A stretch of DNA of 64,000 nucleotides, taken from Flavobacterium sp. (GTDB lineage: Bacteria; Bacteroidota; Bacteroidia; Flavobacteriales; Flavobacteriaceae). The notes beneath the pieces are model-generated. The model did no database searches and was not told the DNA's origin. It saw only the letters and a list, made by a program, of their open reading frames with translations. Below, piece after piece: positions 10,205-19,115 of the stretch. The position numbers and the translations under genes were made by a program. The DNA is taken from positions 5,419-69,418 of the forward strand of contig NZ_PNNA01000005.1 in assembly GCF_013823965.1 (NCBI RefSeq), given 5' to 3'. Position 1 is the first letter of the stretch. The number at the start of each line of letters is the position of its first letter.

Positions 10205-10990
10205 CTATAATTGAATTGTCGTACAAACAGAATCTACATTTTGTAACATTCTATGATGACCAATTTTTATTTTTTGGACTCCTTTGGACAAACTATTGAA
10301 ACAGTTGTCCAATTTTGGAATCATTCCCGAATGAATCGCGCCTTCCTCTTTCAATTGGGCGTAAAGTGCGGAATTGATTTGTTGGATAACCGAATTTTCG
10401 TCCTCAACATCGGTTAGCACTCCCGCTTTTTCGAAGCAATAATTTAGGGTTACTTCAAACACTTCCGATGCAGCAATGGCCAATTCGCTGGCGATGGTAT
10501 CGGCATTGGTGTTCAACAATTGTCCGTTTTTGTCGTGTGTGATGGCACAGAAAACAGGAACAATTCCGCTATTGATCAATGTTTGCAATAAAGGTGTGTT
10601 CACTTTTTGGACATCACCCACAAAACCGTAATTAATTGTTGGATGGTTTCTTTTGGTGGATTGAATTAAATTCCCGTCGGCACCCGAAAATCCCATTGCA
10701 TTGGTGTTGTTGGCCTGCAATTGGACCACGATATTTTTGTTGATTTCACCTGCATAAATCATCACGACTACATCTAGCATTGGTTGGTCGGTAATTCTCC
10801 GTCCGTCAATCATTTGGGGAACCAAGCCAATGCTTTGCGCCATTTTTGTCGCTGATTTTCCGCCACCGTGAACGAGAATTTTGTTGCCTTCAATTTTGGA
10901 AAAATCGGCCAAGAATTGTGCTAATTCCGTTGGGTTATCAATGATGTTTCCACCAATCTTGATGATGGACAAGGATTGTTTATTTTCCAT
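10205..10990 (-). CDS. argB: acetylglutamate kinase
   Basis: 261 aa with amino-acid kinase motifs IKIGGNII and VHGGG. Confidence 0.93.
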   Translation of the reverse strand: MENKQSLSIIKIGGNIIDNPTELAQFLADFSKIEGNKILVHGGGKSATKMAQSIGLVPQMIDGRRITDQPMLDVVVMIYAGEINKNIVVQLQANNTNAMGFSGADGNLIQSTKRNHPTINYGFVGDVQKVNTPLLQTLINSGIVPVFCAITHDKNGQLLNTNADTIASELAIAASEVFEVTLNYCFEKAGVLTDVEDENSVIQQINSALYAQLKEEGAIHSGMIPKLDNCFNSLSKGVQKIKIGHHRMLQNVDSVCTTIQL

Positions 10991-11037
10991 TTATTTTTAT
11001 TTTAGATTTAAACACTTTTAAAAAGTTGTCCAATCTT

Positions 11038-11988
11038 TTATTTTTTACTTTCCAATATTTTTTGCAAAACCAATTGGGCGGAATAAGTTCTGTTGTTGGC
11101 TTCATCAATGACAATCGAATTTTCGCTGTCAATCACTTCGTCGGCTACGATCACGTTTCTACGAACGGGCAAACAGTGCATAAATTTGGCGTTGTTGGTC
11201 AAGGCCATTTTTTCAGCAGTTACCGTCCAATTTGGGTCTGAATTCGTGATTTTTCCGTATTCGTTGTAGTTGCTCCAGTTTTTGGCGTAGATGAAATCAG
11301 CATTTTCAAAGGCCTTGTTTTGGTCGTATTCTATTTTGGAATCTTTGGTAATTTCGGGATTCAGTTCATAACCTTCCGGATGCGTAATCACGAAATCCAT
11401 ATTTTCCTGTTTTTGCATCATTTCCACGAAAGAATTGGGAACCGCTTGAGGCAAAGCTCTTGGATGTGGCGCCCAAGTCAGTACGACTTTGGCTCTGTGT
11501 TTGGTTTTGTGTTCCGCCATCGTAATCGCATCGGCCAGGGATTGCATCGGGTGTCCCGTGGCGCTTTCCATATTCACGATAGGTACGGTGGCGTGTTTCA
11601 AAAATCCTGAAATCACGGTCTCGGCATTGTCTTTTTCTTTGTCCACCAATCCGGCAAAAGCTCTGATGGCAATGATGTCCGCATATTGCGAAACCACAGC
11701 TGCCGCTTCTTTGATGTGTTCCGAAGCACCTTGATCCATAATAGCTCCATCTTCATATTCCAATGTCCAACCCTCGCTGCCAAAGTTCATCACCATCACA
11801 TTCATTCCTAAATTTATGGCTGCTTTTTGGGTACTCAAACGCGTTCTCAAACTGGAGTTGAAAAACAACATTACCAAGGTTTTGTTCTTGCCTAATTTTT
11901 TATTTTTAAGCGGATTTTTTTTGATTTTTAACGCTTGTTTCACCCATTTGTCGAGTGAATCTATGTTTTGTATGGATATAAAGTTCAT
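11038..11988 (-). CDS. argF: N-acyl-L-ornithine carbamoyltransferase (ArgF'-type; acetyl versus succinyl specificity not decidable by eye)
   Basis: 316 aa with carbamoyl-phosphate motif NSSLRTRLST and an HCLP motif. The short Bacteroidota-type transcarbamylase. Confidence 0.9.
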   Translation of the reverse strand: MNFISIQNIDSLDKWVKQALKIKKNPLKNKKLGKNKTLVMLFFNSSLRTRLSTQKAAINLGMNVMVMNFGSEGWTLEYEDGAIMDQGASEHIKEAAAVVSQYADIIAIRAFAGLVDKEKDNAETVISGFLKHATVPIVNMESATGHPMQSLADAITMAEHKTKHRAKVVLTWAPHPRALPQAVPNSFVEMMQKQENMDFVITHPEGYELNPEITKDSKIEYDQNKAFENADFIYAKNWSNYNEYGKITNSDPNWTVTAEKMALTNNAKFMHCLPVRRNVIVADEVIDSENSIVIDEANNRTYSAQLVLQKILESKK

Positions 11989-12057
11989 TGTTTTATTGTT
12001 TAATCGGTTATTTGTTTAATTGATTAATTGAAATTAGCAATTAACCAAATCAACATT

Positions 12058-12819
12058 TTATATGATTTTCGTAAATGATATTTCGTTTTTCAAAGCCTTC
12101 AAAATAAAATTGTCTTCTAGGCCGTTGATAATCCAGGTTTCAATGTTGGCTGCTTTGGCAATGGCTGCCGAATCGATTTTGGACTGCATTCCGCCCGTTC
12201 CGTGGGAAGATTTGGAATCGCCAATTTCTTTTTCCAAAACGCTTAAATCATTTACCAATTCAATGGTTTTGGGAAATTCGTCTTTTAGGGATGCTTTGGT
12301 ATAAATTCCGTTGGTGTTGGTGGCAATTATCAGGATATCAACATTCAACAAAACGGCTGTCAATGCGGCCAATTTATCGTTATCGCCAAACTTGATTTCG
12401 TCCGTGGCAACGGTGTCATTTTCGTTGATAATCGGAATATAACTGTTTTTAACCAAGACGTTTATCGTGTTTACGATGTTGACTTTGGTTTGTTTTTTTT
12501 CAAAATCGGAATAGGAAAGCAAACATTGCGAGGTATGTAAACCCAAATCACTGAAATTCTCGTGATAAATCCGCATCAAATGGGGCTGACCTATCGAAGC
12601 CAAGGCTTGTTTTACGAAAACATCCTTGTCGTGATTGTCGAGTTTTACGAATTGTTTGGCGGCCGCAATGGCACCGGAACTGACAATGATAAACTCGTAT
12701 TCGTCTTTAAGAGCCGCAATCTGCACGCCAATGTCTTCAATCTTTCCTCTCGAAATGTGATTGGTTTCTTTGGTGAGCGTGTTGCTGCCCAACTTTAATA
12801 ATATTCTTTTTTTTGCCAT
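12058..12819 (-). CDS. proB: glutamate 5-kinase (short form, no PUA domain)
   Basis: 253 aa with LKLGSN and SSGAIAAA motifs. Confidence 0.9.
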   Translation of the reverse strand: MAKKRILLKLGSNTLTKETNHISRGKIEDIGVQIAALKDEYEFIIVSSGAIAAAKQFVKLDNHDKDVFVKQALASIGQPHLMRIYHENFSDLGLHTSQCLLSYSDFEKKQTKVNIVNTINVLVKNSYIPIINENDTVATDEIKFGDNDKLAALTAVLLNVDILIIATNTNGIYTKASLKDEFPKTIELVNDLSVLEKEIGDSKSSHGTGGMQSKIDSAAIAKAANIETWIINGLEDNFILKALKNEISFTKII

Positions 12820-12831
12820 TTTTATTTTTTT

Positions 12832-12910
12832 AACCGCAAAGGCGCAAAGTTTTTTTCAATAGGAGTGTTCAAAAAACGCAAAGTTCGCAAAGCTTTAAAT
12901 CTAAAATCTG
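12832..12910. repeat. cgcaaag repeat cluster in the proB-proA spacer
   Basis: cgcaaag occurs 4 times (12835, 12843, 12877, 12886), followed by aaatctaaaatctg. Confidence 0.7.
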
Positions 12911-14107
12911 CTACCTGATTTGTCCGTCGCCGTAAACATACCATTTATTGGTCACCAAGTGTTGCAAACCAATTGGTCCGCGTTGGTGTAATTTGTCTGT
13001 GCTTATCGCCAATTCTCCTCCCAAACCAAATTGACCTCCATCGGTAAATCGGGTAGAAGCGTTTTGATATACTGCTGCGCAATCTACTTGCTCCATAAAT
13101 TCTTGGGCAACTGTATCATTATTTGTGATTATTGAAGCCGAATGTCCACCACAATATTTGTTGATTTTGGCAACCGCTTCTTCGTTGGAGTCCACAATTC
13201 CAACAACAATTTTATAATTTAAAAACTCTTCGTACCAAATTTCTTCGTTTGGAATTACAGGCACCTGTGTCGCATTTGCGAAAGCAGTATCACCCAAAAT
13301 TTCAACCTTGTATTTTTTCAATTCTTCAACCAATTGTAGGGCAAAAACTTCCCAATTAGGCAGTTTGGTGTCAATTAAAACTTTGTCCAAGGCGTTGCAA
13401 ACTCCAATGTTGGTTGTTTTTCCGTTGATGATAATGTCAAGGGCTTTTTTCAAATCGGCTTCTTGATTTACATACACAAAATTATTCCCACGACCGCTCA
13501 CAATCACTGGGCAAGTGGCGTGTTTTTTGGTAAAAGCAATCAATTGTTCGCCACCACGAGGAACTATTAAATCCACTCTTTGCGTTGGGTTTTCCAAGAA
13601 AGCCTGGGTTTCGGCACGATTGTAATTCAAATATTCCACCCAGTCTTTAGAAATATTGTTTTCTTCCAAGGCTTGGTGCCAAAGGGATACAATTTTCAAA
13701 TTGGACAATAAAGATTCTTTTCCGCCTTTGAGCAAGATTTTGTTTCCGGATTTGAAAGCTATTCCACCCGCCTCAACCGTTACGTCAGGACGAGATTCAT
13801 AAATAATCATTATTGTTCCAAAAGCAGCCGTTTTATTGGTCACTTTCATTCCGTTATCGTGAGTGAAATTGAAACGAATTTGTCCCACGGGATCTTCCTG
13901 ACTGGCCAATTGCTGCATCGACAAAATCATTCCGTCAATTTTGGCGTCATCTACCAACAAACGTTTTTCCATAGCCAAATCATCTCCAGAATAATTGCTC
14001 ATATCCTGTTGATTGATACTTTTAAGATTGGCTCTTTCTTGTTCCAAAAGTGTAGCCATTCGGCTTAAAACAGCATTTCTTTTTTCTATGGATAATAATG
14101 TGTTCAT
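12911..14107 (-). CDS. proA: gamma-glutamyl phosphate reductase
   Basis: Aldehyde-dehydrogenase fold with catalytic Cys context GVCNALDKVLI. The track start at 14176 is a TTG. The ATG at 14107 (MNTLLSIEKRN) fits family length. Confidence 0.92.
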   Translation of the reverse strand: MNTLLSIEKRNAVLSRMATLLEQERANLKSINQQDMSNYSGDDLAMEKRLLVDDAKIDGMILSMQQLASQEDPVGQIRFNFTHDNGMKVTNKTAAFGTIMIIYESRPDVTVEAGGIAFKSGNKILLKGGKESLLSNLKIVSLWHQALEENNISKDWVEYLNYNRAETQAFLENPTQRVDLIVPRGGEQLIAFTKKHATCPVIVSGRGNNFVYVNQEADLKKALDIIINGKTTNIGVCNALDKVLIDTKLPNWEVFALQLVEELKKYKVEILGDTAFANATQVPVIPNEEIWYEEFLNYKIVVGIVDSNEEAVAKINKYCGGHSASIITNNDTVAQEFMEQVDCAAVYQNASTRFTDGGQFGLGGELAISTDKLHQRGPIGLQHLVTNKWYVYGDGQIR

Positions 14108-14283
14108 TTTTCTTTTATTATTATGATGAAAAATATAATTCCTATTATAGTCAATGTAAAACCTAATAAAAAACAAATTGTACTGATAGGATGTCCTAGT
14201 TTAGTAGTAAAACCAAAGCCACTCATAAGCCATCCAACAATCATTATCAATAAACTAAGTAATAGTTTTGTATTGTTTTTCAT
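14104..14283 (-). CDS. small (59 aa) two-TM membrane peptide, unknown function
   Basis: Hand-translated as MKNNTKLLLSLLIMIVGWLMSGFGFTTKLGHPISTICFLLGFTLTIIGIIFFIIIIKEK. Its TGA overlaps the proA ATG (ATGA). It falls below the 60-aa ORF-track cutoff. Confidence 0.4.
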   Translation of the reverse strand: MKNNTKLLLSLLIMIVGWLMSGFGFTTKLGHPISTICFLLGFTLTIIGIIFFIIIIKEK

Positions 14284-14295
14284 TTAGCGTTCATT

Positions 14296-14432
14296 ATAAA
14301 ACTTGCTCCGCAATTCCGATAGCTATCGGAAGTGACTTTGAGGATGTATTTGAAGGTTTTTAACCTTCGTTTTGTATGCGGTCAGAGACCGATTCTCACT
14401 TCCACAAAGTCAGAGACTTTGCGGAGCGAATT
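14296..14432. repeat. composite REP-like element
   Basis: Outer inverted repeat gctccgcaa/ttgcggagc, palindrome ttccgatagctatcggaa, hairpin gaaggtt/aaccttc and direct repeat gtcagagac x2. Confidence 0.7.
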
Positions 14433-14440
14433 AAAAAATC

Positions 14441-15580
14441 TTATTGTTTCAATTCTGCCAAAGATTCCTGCAATGCCACGATAAAAGTATCAATAGCAGC
14501 CGTTGTAATCGTCAGCGGAGGAAGAATTCTCAACAGGTTTTTATTGTTGGCTCCACCCGTGAAAATGTATTTTTCGATAATCATTTTCTTTCTCAGGGCA
14601 CTCACGTCAAAATCAAATTCTACGCCCAGCATCAATCCTCTTCCTTTTACTTTGATAATTTCAGGAATCACTTTGATGGCTTCAAAAAAGTATTCTGATA
14701 CTTTGTTCGTGTTGGCAATCAGATTTTGTTTTTCCATCACGTCCAAAACCGCAATTCCGGCAGCACAGGCCAAATGGCTTCCGCCAAAAGTAGTTCCCAA
14801 CAAGCCATAACTCGCTTTGAATTTTGGAGAAATCAATACACCTCCAATAGGGAAACCGTTCCCCATTCCTTTGGCAGTAGTGACGATGTCTGGATTGATT
14901 CCGTGGTGTTGGTGGGCGAAAAACTTCCCGCTTCTTCCGTAACCGGATTGTACTTCGTCCAAAATTAAAACAACCTCATTGGCTTTACAGGCTTTTTCCA
15001 AAGCTTGAAAGAATTCAGTAGTTCCCTGGTCTAAACCGCCAACTCCCTGAATAGGTTCGATGATTACGGCGCAGACATCTCCTTTTTTCAATTCGGTTTC
15101 CACCAAATCGATTTGGTTCAACGGCAAGAAAGTCACTTCTTGTTGTGCGTTTAATGGTGCCACAATTTTTTTGTTGTCCGTCACCGCAACGGCAGCCGAA
15201 GTTCTTCCGTGGAAAGAGTTGTCAAAAGCAATTACTCTTGATTTATTGGTATGAAAAGAAGCCAGTTTCAAGGCATTTTCATTGGCTTCGGCACCCGAAC
15301 TGCAAAGGAACAAGCTGAAATCAGTCAAGCCCGAAGCTTTTCCTAATTTCTCGGCCAATTCTACCTGCAATGGATTTTGGATGGCATTCGAGTAAAAACT
15401 CAAATTATCCAATTGTTCTTTTACTTTGGCCACATAATCCGGTTGGGTGTGACCGATAGAAATTACTCCGTGACCAGAGTATAAATCTAAATATTCGATT
15501 CCTTTATCGTCGTAAATAGTGCAATCTACTGCTTTTACAGGCGTAATAGGATATAATGGGTAAACGTCAAATAAGTTCAT
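14441..15580 (-). CDS. argD: acetylornithine (acyl-ornithine) aminotransferase
   Basis: 379 aa class-III aminotransferase with PLP-Lys context DIVTTAKGMGNGFP. Confidence 0.92.
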   Translation of the reverse strand: MNLFDVYPLYPITPVKAVDCTIYDDKGIEYLDLYSGHGVISIGHTQPDYVAKVKEQLDNLSFYSNAIQNPLQVELAEKLGKASGLTDFSLFLCSSGAEANENALKLASFHTNKSRVIAFDNSFHGRTSAAVAVTDNKKIVAPLNAQQEVTFLPLNQIDLVETELKKGDVCAVIIEPIQGVGGLDQGTTEFFQALEKACKANEVVLILDEVQSGYGRSGKFFAHQHHGINPDIVTTAKGMGNGFPIGGVLISPKFKASYGLLGTTFGGSHLACAAGIAVLDVMEKQNLIANTNKVSEYFFEAIKVIPEIIKVKGRGLMLGVEFDFDVSALRKKMIIEKYIFTGGANNKNLLRILPPLTITTAAIDTFIVALQESLAELKQ

Positions 15581-15638
15581 TTTTTTATTTTTTTATTTTA
15601 AGATTCGAGTGTAAACTGAAATCCCAAACTTGAAACAA

Positions 15639-16115
15639 TTAATTTATTTTATTTTTTAAATTGTCAATTTTATCTTTTGCAGATATTAAATAATCAAGAT
15701 ATACAGTAGCAAACATATCTAGTTCTGAAGCTCTTTCTTTCTGATTTAAAAGAGGAATTGCAAGTACTCTATGTTTTTCTGCAGATTCTAAATCTAAAAA
15801 AATAGAATAAATTGATTCTCTTAATGAATCCTTTAAACTTAAAAATTGGTCAATCTGCATTATCATTTTAAAGTTTGAAATTTCAGTGATAGAAATACCA
15901 TTGAATTGACTTACTTCTCCAGTAATTGGAGACACTATATTGTTTGGAGTTTTCGATGCAAAAGGAGAAATCAATTTATCAATTTTAATAATTTCTATTT
16001 TTAATAATTTCAAAGATTTAATTCTTTGAGAGTATTCTTGATATTTTAAAGTTCCAATTGATGATCCAAATCCAAGTATAACACCTACAATTAATAAAAC
16101 TAAATCTTTTTCCAT
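15639..16115 (-). CDS. hypothetical membrane-anchored protein (low-GC insertion inside the arg operon)
   Basis: 158-aa ORF with N-terminal TM segment LVLLIVGVILGFGSSIG, the rest predicted helical. No family recognised. Clearly more AT-rich than the flanking argC and argD. Confidence 0.55.
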   Translation of the reverse strand: MEKDLVLLIVGVILGFGSSIGTLKYQEYSQRIKSLKLLKIEIIKIDKLISPFASKTPNNIVSPITGEVSQFNGISITEISNFKMIMQIDQFLSLKDSLRESIYSIFLDLESAEKHRVLAIPLLNQKERASELDMFATVYLDYLISAKDKIDNLKNKIN

Positions 16116-16159
16116 TTGTTATTTCTTTAAATCATTAAATTCTTCAATCTTTTAATTAT

Positions 16160-17137
16160 TTAAAATCCGCAAGGTTTCAAATGCAATCCCGTGGTTTCTT
16201 CCAATCCGAACATTAAATTCATATTTTGAACGGCTTGGCCAGAGGCGCCTTTGAGTAAATTGTCAATGGTTGAAGTAATCAAAAGCCGGTTTCCTTTTTT
16301 CAATAAACTGATGATGCATTTGTTCGTTTGTACCACTTGCTTCATATTGATGTTGGTCGTGGTAACGGTTACAAAAGGTTGGTCGGCATAAAAAGCTTCG
16401 TATTTTGCCACCAAATCTTCCAAACTTTCTTCCGATTTCGTGTATAAAGTGGCAAAAATTCCTCTTGGAAAATCTCCCCTGTTCGGTACAAAAATCAATT
16501 CGTCCGTGTAATCAGCTTGCAATTGTTTGATGCTTTGGTTGATTTCTCCCAAATGTTGGTGTTCAAAAACTTTATAATGAGAAAAATTGTTGTTTCTCCA
16601 ACTAAAATGCGAAGTAGCTGCCAATCCCACTCCGGCGCCAGTACTTCCTGTCGTGGCGTTGATGTGTACATCTTCAGTCAGCAAACCGTCAGCAGCTAAT
16701 GGCAATAAAGCCAATTGAATGGCCGTGGCAAAACAACCCGGATTGGCAATATATTGTGCGTTTTTGATGTCGGATTTGTTCAATTCCGGCAAACCGTAAA
16801 CAAATGATTTTCCGTTGAAATCCTTGTCTTTGATTAAACGGAAATCGTTTCCTAAATCGATGATTTTTGTTGCATCGGAGAATTGGTTGTTTTCCAAAAA
16901 TGAAATTGATTTTCCGTGACCCAAGCACAAGAAAACCACGTCCACATTTGGATTGATGGTGTCGGTGAAATTCATTTCGATGTCGCCCAACAAATCGTGA
17001 TGCGCTACCGAAAGCGGTTTTCCCGCATTGGTTGTACTGTATACAAAATCAAGTTTAGCGTTAGGGTGAAACATCAATATTCTGATTAATTCCCCAGCCG
17101 TGTAACCTGAACCGCCAATTATTCCAATAGTAATCAT
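16160..17137 (-). CDS. argC: N-acetyl-gamma-glutamyl-phosphate reductase
   Basis: 325 aa with GGSGYTAGE NAD-binding motif and catalytic Cys in ANPGCFATA. Confidence 0.95.
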   Translation of the reverse strand: MITIGIIGGSGYTAGELIRILMFHPNAKLDFVYSTTNAGKPLSVAHHDLLGDIEMNFTDTINPNVDVVFLCLGHGKSISFLENNQFSDATKIIDLGNDFRLIKDKDFNGKSFVYGLPELNKSDIKNAQYIANPGCFATAIQLALLPLAADGLLTEDVHINATTGSTGAGVGLAATSHFSWRNNNFSHYKVFEHQHLGEINQSIKQLQADYTDELIFVPNRGDFPRGIFATLYTKSEESLEDLVAKYEAFYADQPFVTVTTTNINMKQVVQTNKCIISLLKKGNRLLITSTIDNLLKGASGQAVQNMNLMFGLEETTGLHLKPCGF

Positions 17138-17142
17138 AATTA

Positions 17143-17220
17143 TTTTAGATTTTAGATTTTAGATTTTAGAATTTAGAATTAAGGTTTTTCAACCAAATCT
17201 AAAGTCTAAAATCTAAAATC
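17143..17220. repeat. inverted heptamer arrays (ttttaga)n ... (tctaaaa)n forming a long hairpin in the argG-argC spacer
   Basis: ttttagattttagattttagattttagaatttagaatt ... aaatctaaagtctaaaatctaaaatc. Confidence 0.85.
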
Positions 17221-17230
17221 GTTAATTTTT

Positions 17231-18424
17231 TCACTCGTAAGTTTCATTATTTACCGATGAAAATATGTTTTGGGCATTCCCTAAAATCTTGATAAATCCT
17301 TTCGCATCATCTGATGTCCAAGCGTTGTTCATTTCTCCGTATTGTCCAAAACCAGTGTTCATCAAATCATTTTTAGATTCGATTCCGTCCAATGAAAAGT
17401 GGTATGGTTTCAAAGAAACGGTCACGGTTCCATTTACGGTTTTTTGTGTGTCTTCAAGGAAAGTTTCGATGTTTCTCATTACGGGATCCAAAAATTGCCC
17501 TTCGTGAAACAACATTCCGTACCAGTTTCCTAGTTGTTCTTTCCAGTATTGTTGCCATTTTCCAAGAGTGTGTTTCTCCAATAAATGGTGTGCTTTGATG
17601 ATGATAAGCGGCGCTGCGGCTTCAAAACCAACTCTTCCTTTGATTCCGATAATCGTGTCACCCACGTGAATATCTCTTCCGATTGCGTAAGCATTGGCCA
17701 ATTTTTCAAGAACCACGATATTGTTGGAAGGTTTGTCTTTTTTACCATTTACGGCTACCAATTCCCCTTTCAAGAATTCCAAAGTTACTTTCTCTTCACC
17801 TTCTTTTTGCAATTGCGATGGATAGGCTTCACTTGGCAAGGGTTGGCTTGAAGTCAAGGTTTCTTTTCCTCCAACGCTCGTTCCCCAAAGTCCTTTGTTG
17901 ATGGAATATTGCGCTTTTTCCCAAGAATAGTGAACGCCATTTTTGGCCAAATAATCAACTTCTTCCTGACGAGATAATTTCAAGTCACGGATAGGAGTGA
18001 TGATTTCAATTTCCGGAGCGATAGTTTGGAAAATCAAATCAAAACGAATTTGGTCGTTTCCAGCACCGGTACTTCCGTGAGCGATGGCAGTAGCACCAAC
18101 AGATTTCGCATATTTGATGGCTTCGATGGCTTGAAAAACACGCTCGGCACTTACCGATAATGGATACGTATTGTTTTTCAACACGTTTCCAAAAATCAAA
18201 TATTTAATGGCTTTGTCGTAATATTTATCCAAAATCGTCAAGTTGGCGTGTTTGGCGCTTCCCAATTCATAGGCTCTGTCTTCGATGGCTTGCAATTCAG
18301 CATCGTCAAATCCTCCTGTATTGATCAATACGGTGTGAACTTCATATCCTTGTTCGTTTTTCAAATATTTTAGACAGTATGATGTGTCTAATCCTCCGCT
18401 ATATGCTAATACTACTTTTTTCAT
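17231..18424 (-). CDS. argG: argininosuccinate synthase
   Basis: 397 aa with ATP-binding motif AYSGGLDTS. Confidence 0.96.
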   Translation of the reverse strand: MKKVVLAYSGGLDTSYCLKYLKNEQGYEVHTVLINTGGFDDAELQAIEDRAYELGSAKHANLTILDKYYDKAIKYLIFGNVLKNNTYPLSVSAERVFQAIEAIKYAKSVGATAIAHGSTGAGNDQIRFDLIFQTIAPEIEIITPIRDLKLSRQEEVDYLAKNGVHYSWEKAQYSINKGLWGTSVGGKETLTSSQPLPSEAYPSQLQKEGEEKVTLEFLKGELVAVNGKKDKPSNNIVVLEKLANAYAIGRDIHVGDTIIGIKGRVGFEAAAPLIIIKAHHLLEKHTLGKWQQYWKEQLGNWYGMLFHEGQFLDPVMRNIETFLEDTQKTVNGTVTVSLKPYHFSLDGIESKNDLMNTGFGQYGEMNNAWTSDDAKGFIKILGNAQNIFSSVNNETYE

Positions 18425-18485
18425 TTTGTTTGTTTTTGTGGAGTTTGTAAAGCTCCGATTTCATTTTATTTGAATTGTGTGTTGT

Positions 18486-19115
18486 TTATTTTTCTTTGTT
18501 TTCCAAGAAAAGCGCTGCCTTGATTTCTTTCAATCTATTCCAAATCCGGACATTAAACGGATGTTTCGGCGGGTCTTTCGGTTTTTCTGTTGGGTCGTAC
18601 AGCATTCCGGTACACAAACACATTTTGTTGTCTTTGCTTTTCAGAATTTCGTAATTGGTACAGGTTTGACAACCTTTCCAAAAACTCGGATCACTTGTTA
18701 ATTCCGAGAAAGGAACTGGTTTGTATCCCAAATCGGAATTGATTTTCATTACAGCCAAACCAGTCGTGATACCAAAAACTTTGGCTCCCGGATATTTTTT
18801 TAAGGAATAATTAAAAACGAAGGTTTTTATTTTTTTTGCCAATCCCAAGTTTCTAAAATCAGGATGTACAATCAATCCAGAGTGGGCGACATACTGACCG
18901 TGTTGCCAACTTTCGATGTAACAGAAACCGGCAAAAACACCATTTTTGTCCAATGCAATAACGGCATCTCCGCTACTTATCTTTTTTTTGATGTAGTCTG
19001 GTGTTCTTTTTGCAATTCCAGTACCTCTTAATAAAGCCGAAGTTTCTATAGTGTCGCATATTTCTTGCGCATATTTATAATGTTCTTCTTGGGCTATAAC
19101 TATAGATATTTTCAT
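18486..19115 (-). CDS. GNAT-family acyltransferase, first gene of the arg operon (candidate glutamate N-acyltransferase)
   Basis: 209 aa with a GNAT core (HPDFRNLGLAKKI) and a C-terminal Cys cluster CQTC...CLC. Confidence 0.75.
   Translation of the reverse strand: MKISIVIAQEEHYKYAQEICDTIETSALLRGTGIAKRTPDYIKKKISSGDAVIALDKNGVFAGFCYIESWQHGQYVAHSGLIVHPDFRNLGLAKKIKTFVFNYSLKKYPGAKVFGITTGLAVMKINSDLGYKPVPFSELTSDPSFWKGCQTCTNYEILKSKDNKMCLCTGMLYDPTEKPKDPPKHPFNVRIWNRLKEIKAALFLENKEK

Noticed and set aside
14108-14176. Upstream extension of proA (MFFIRFYIDYNRNYIF...).
   Set aside because: It starts at a TTG and runs through the coding region of the 59-aa ORF in another frame. The ATG at 14107 matches ProA N-termini.
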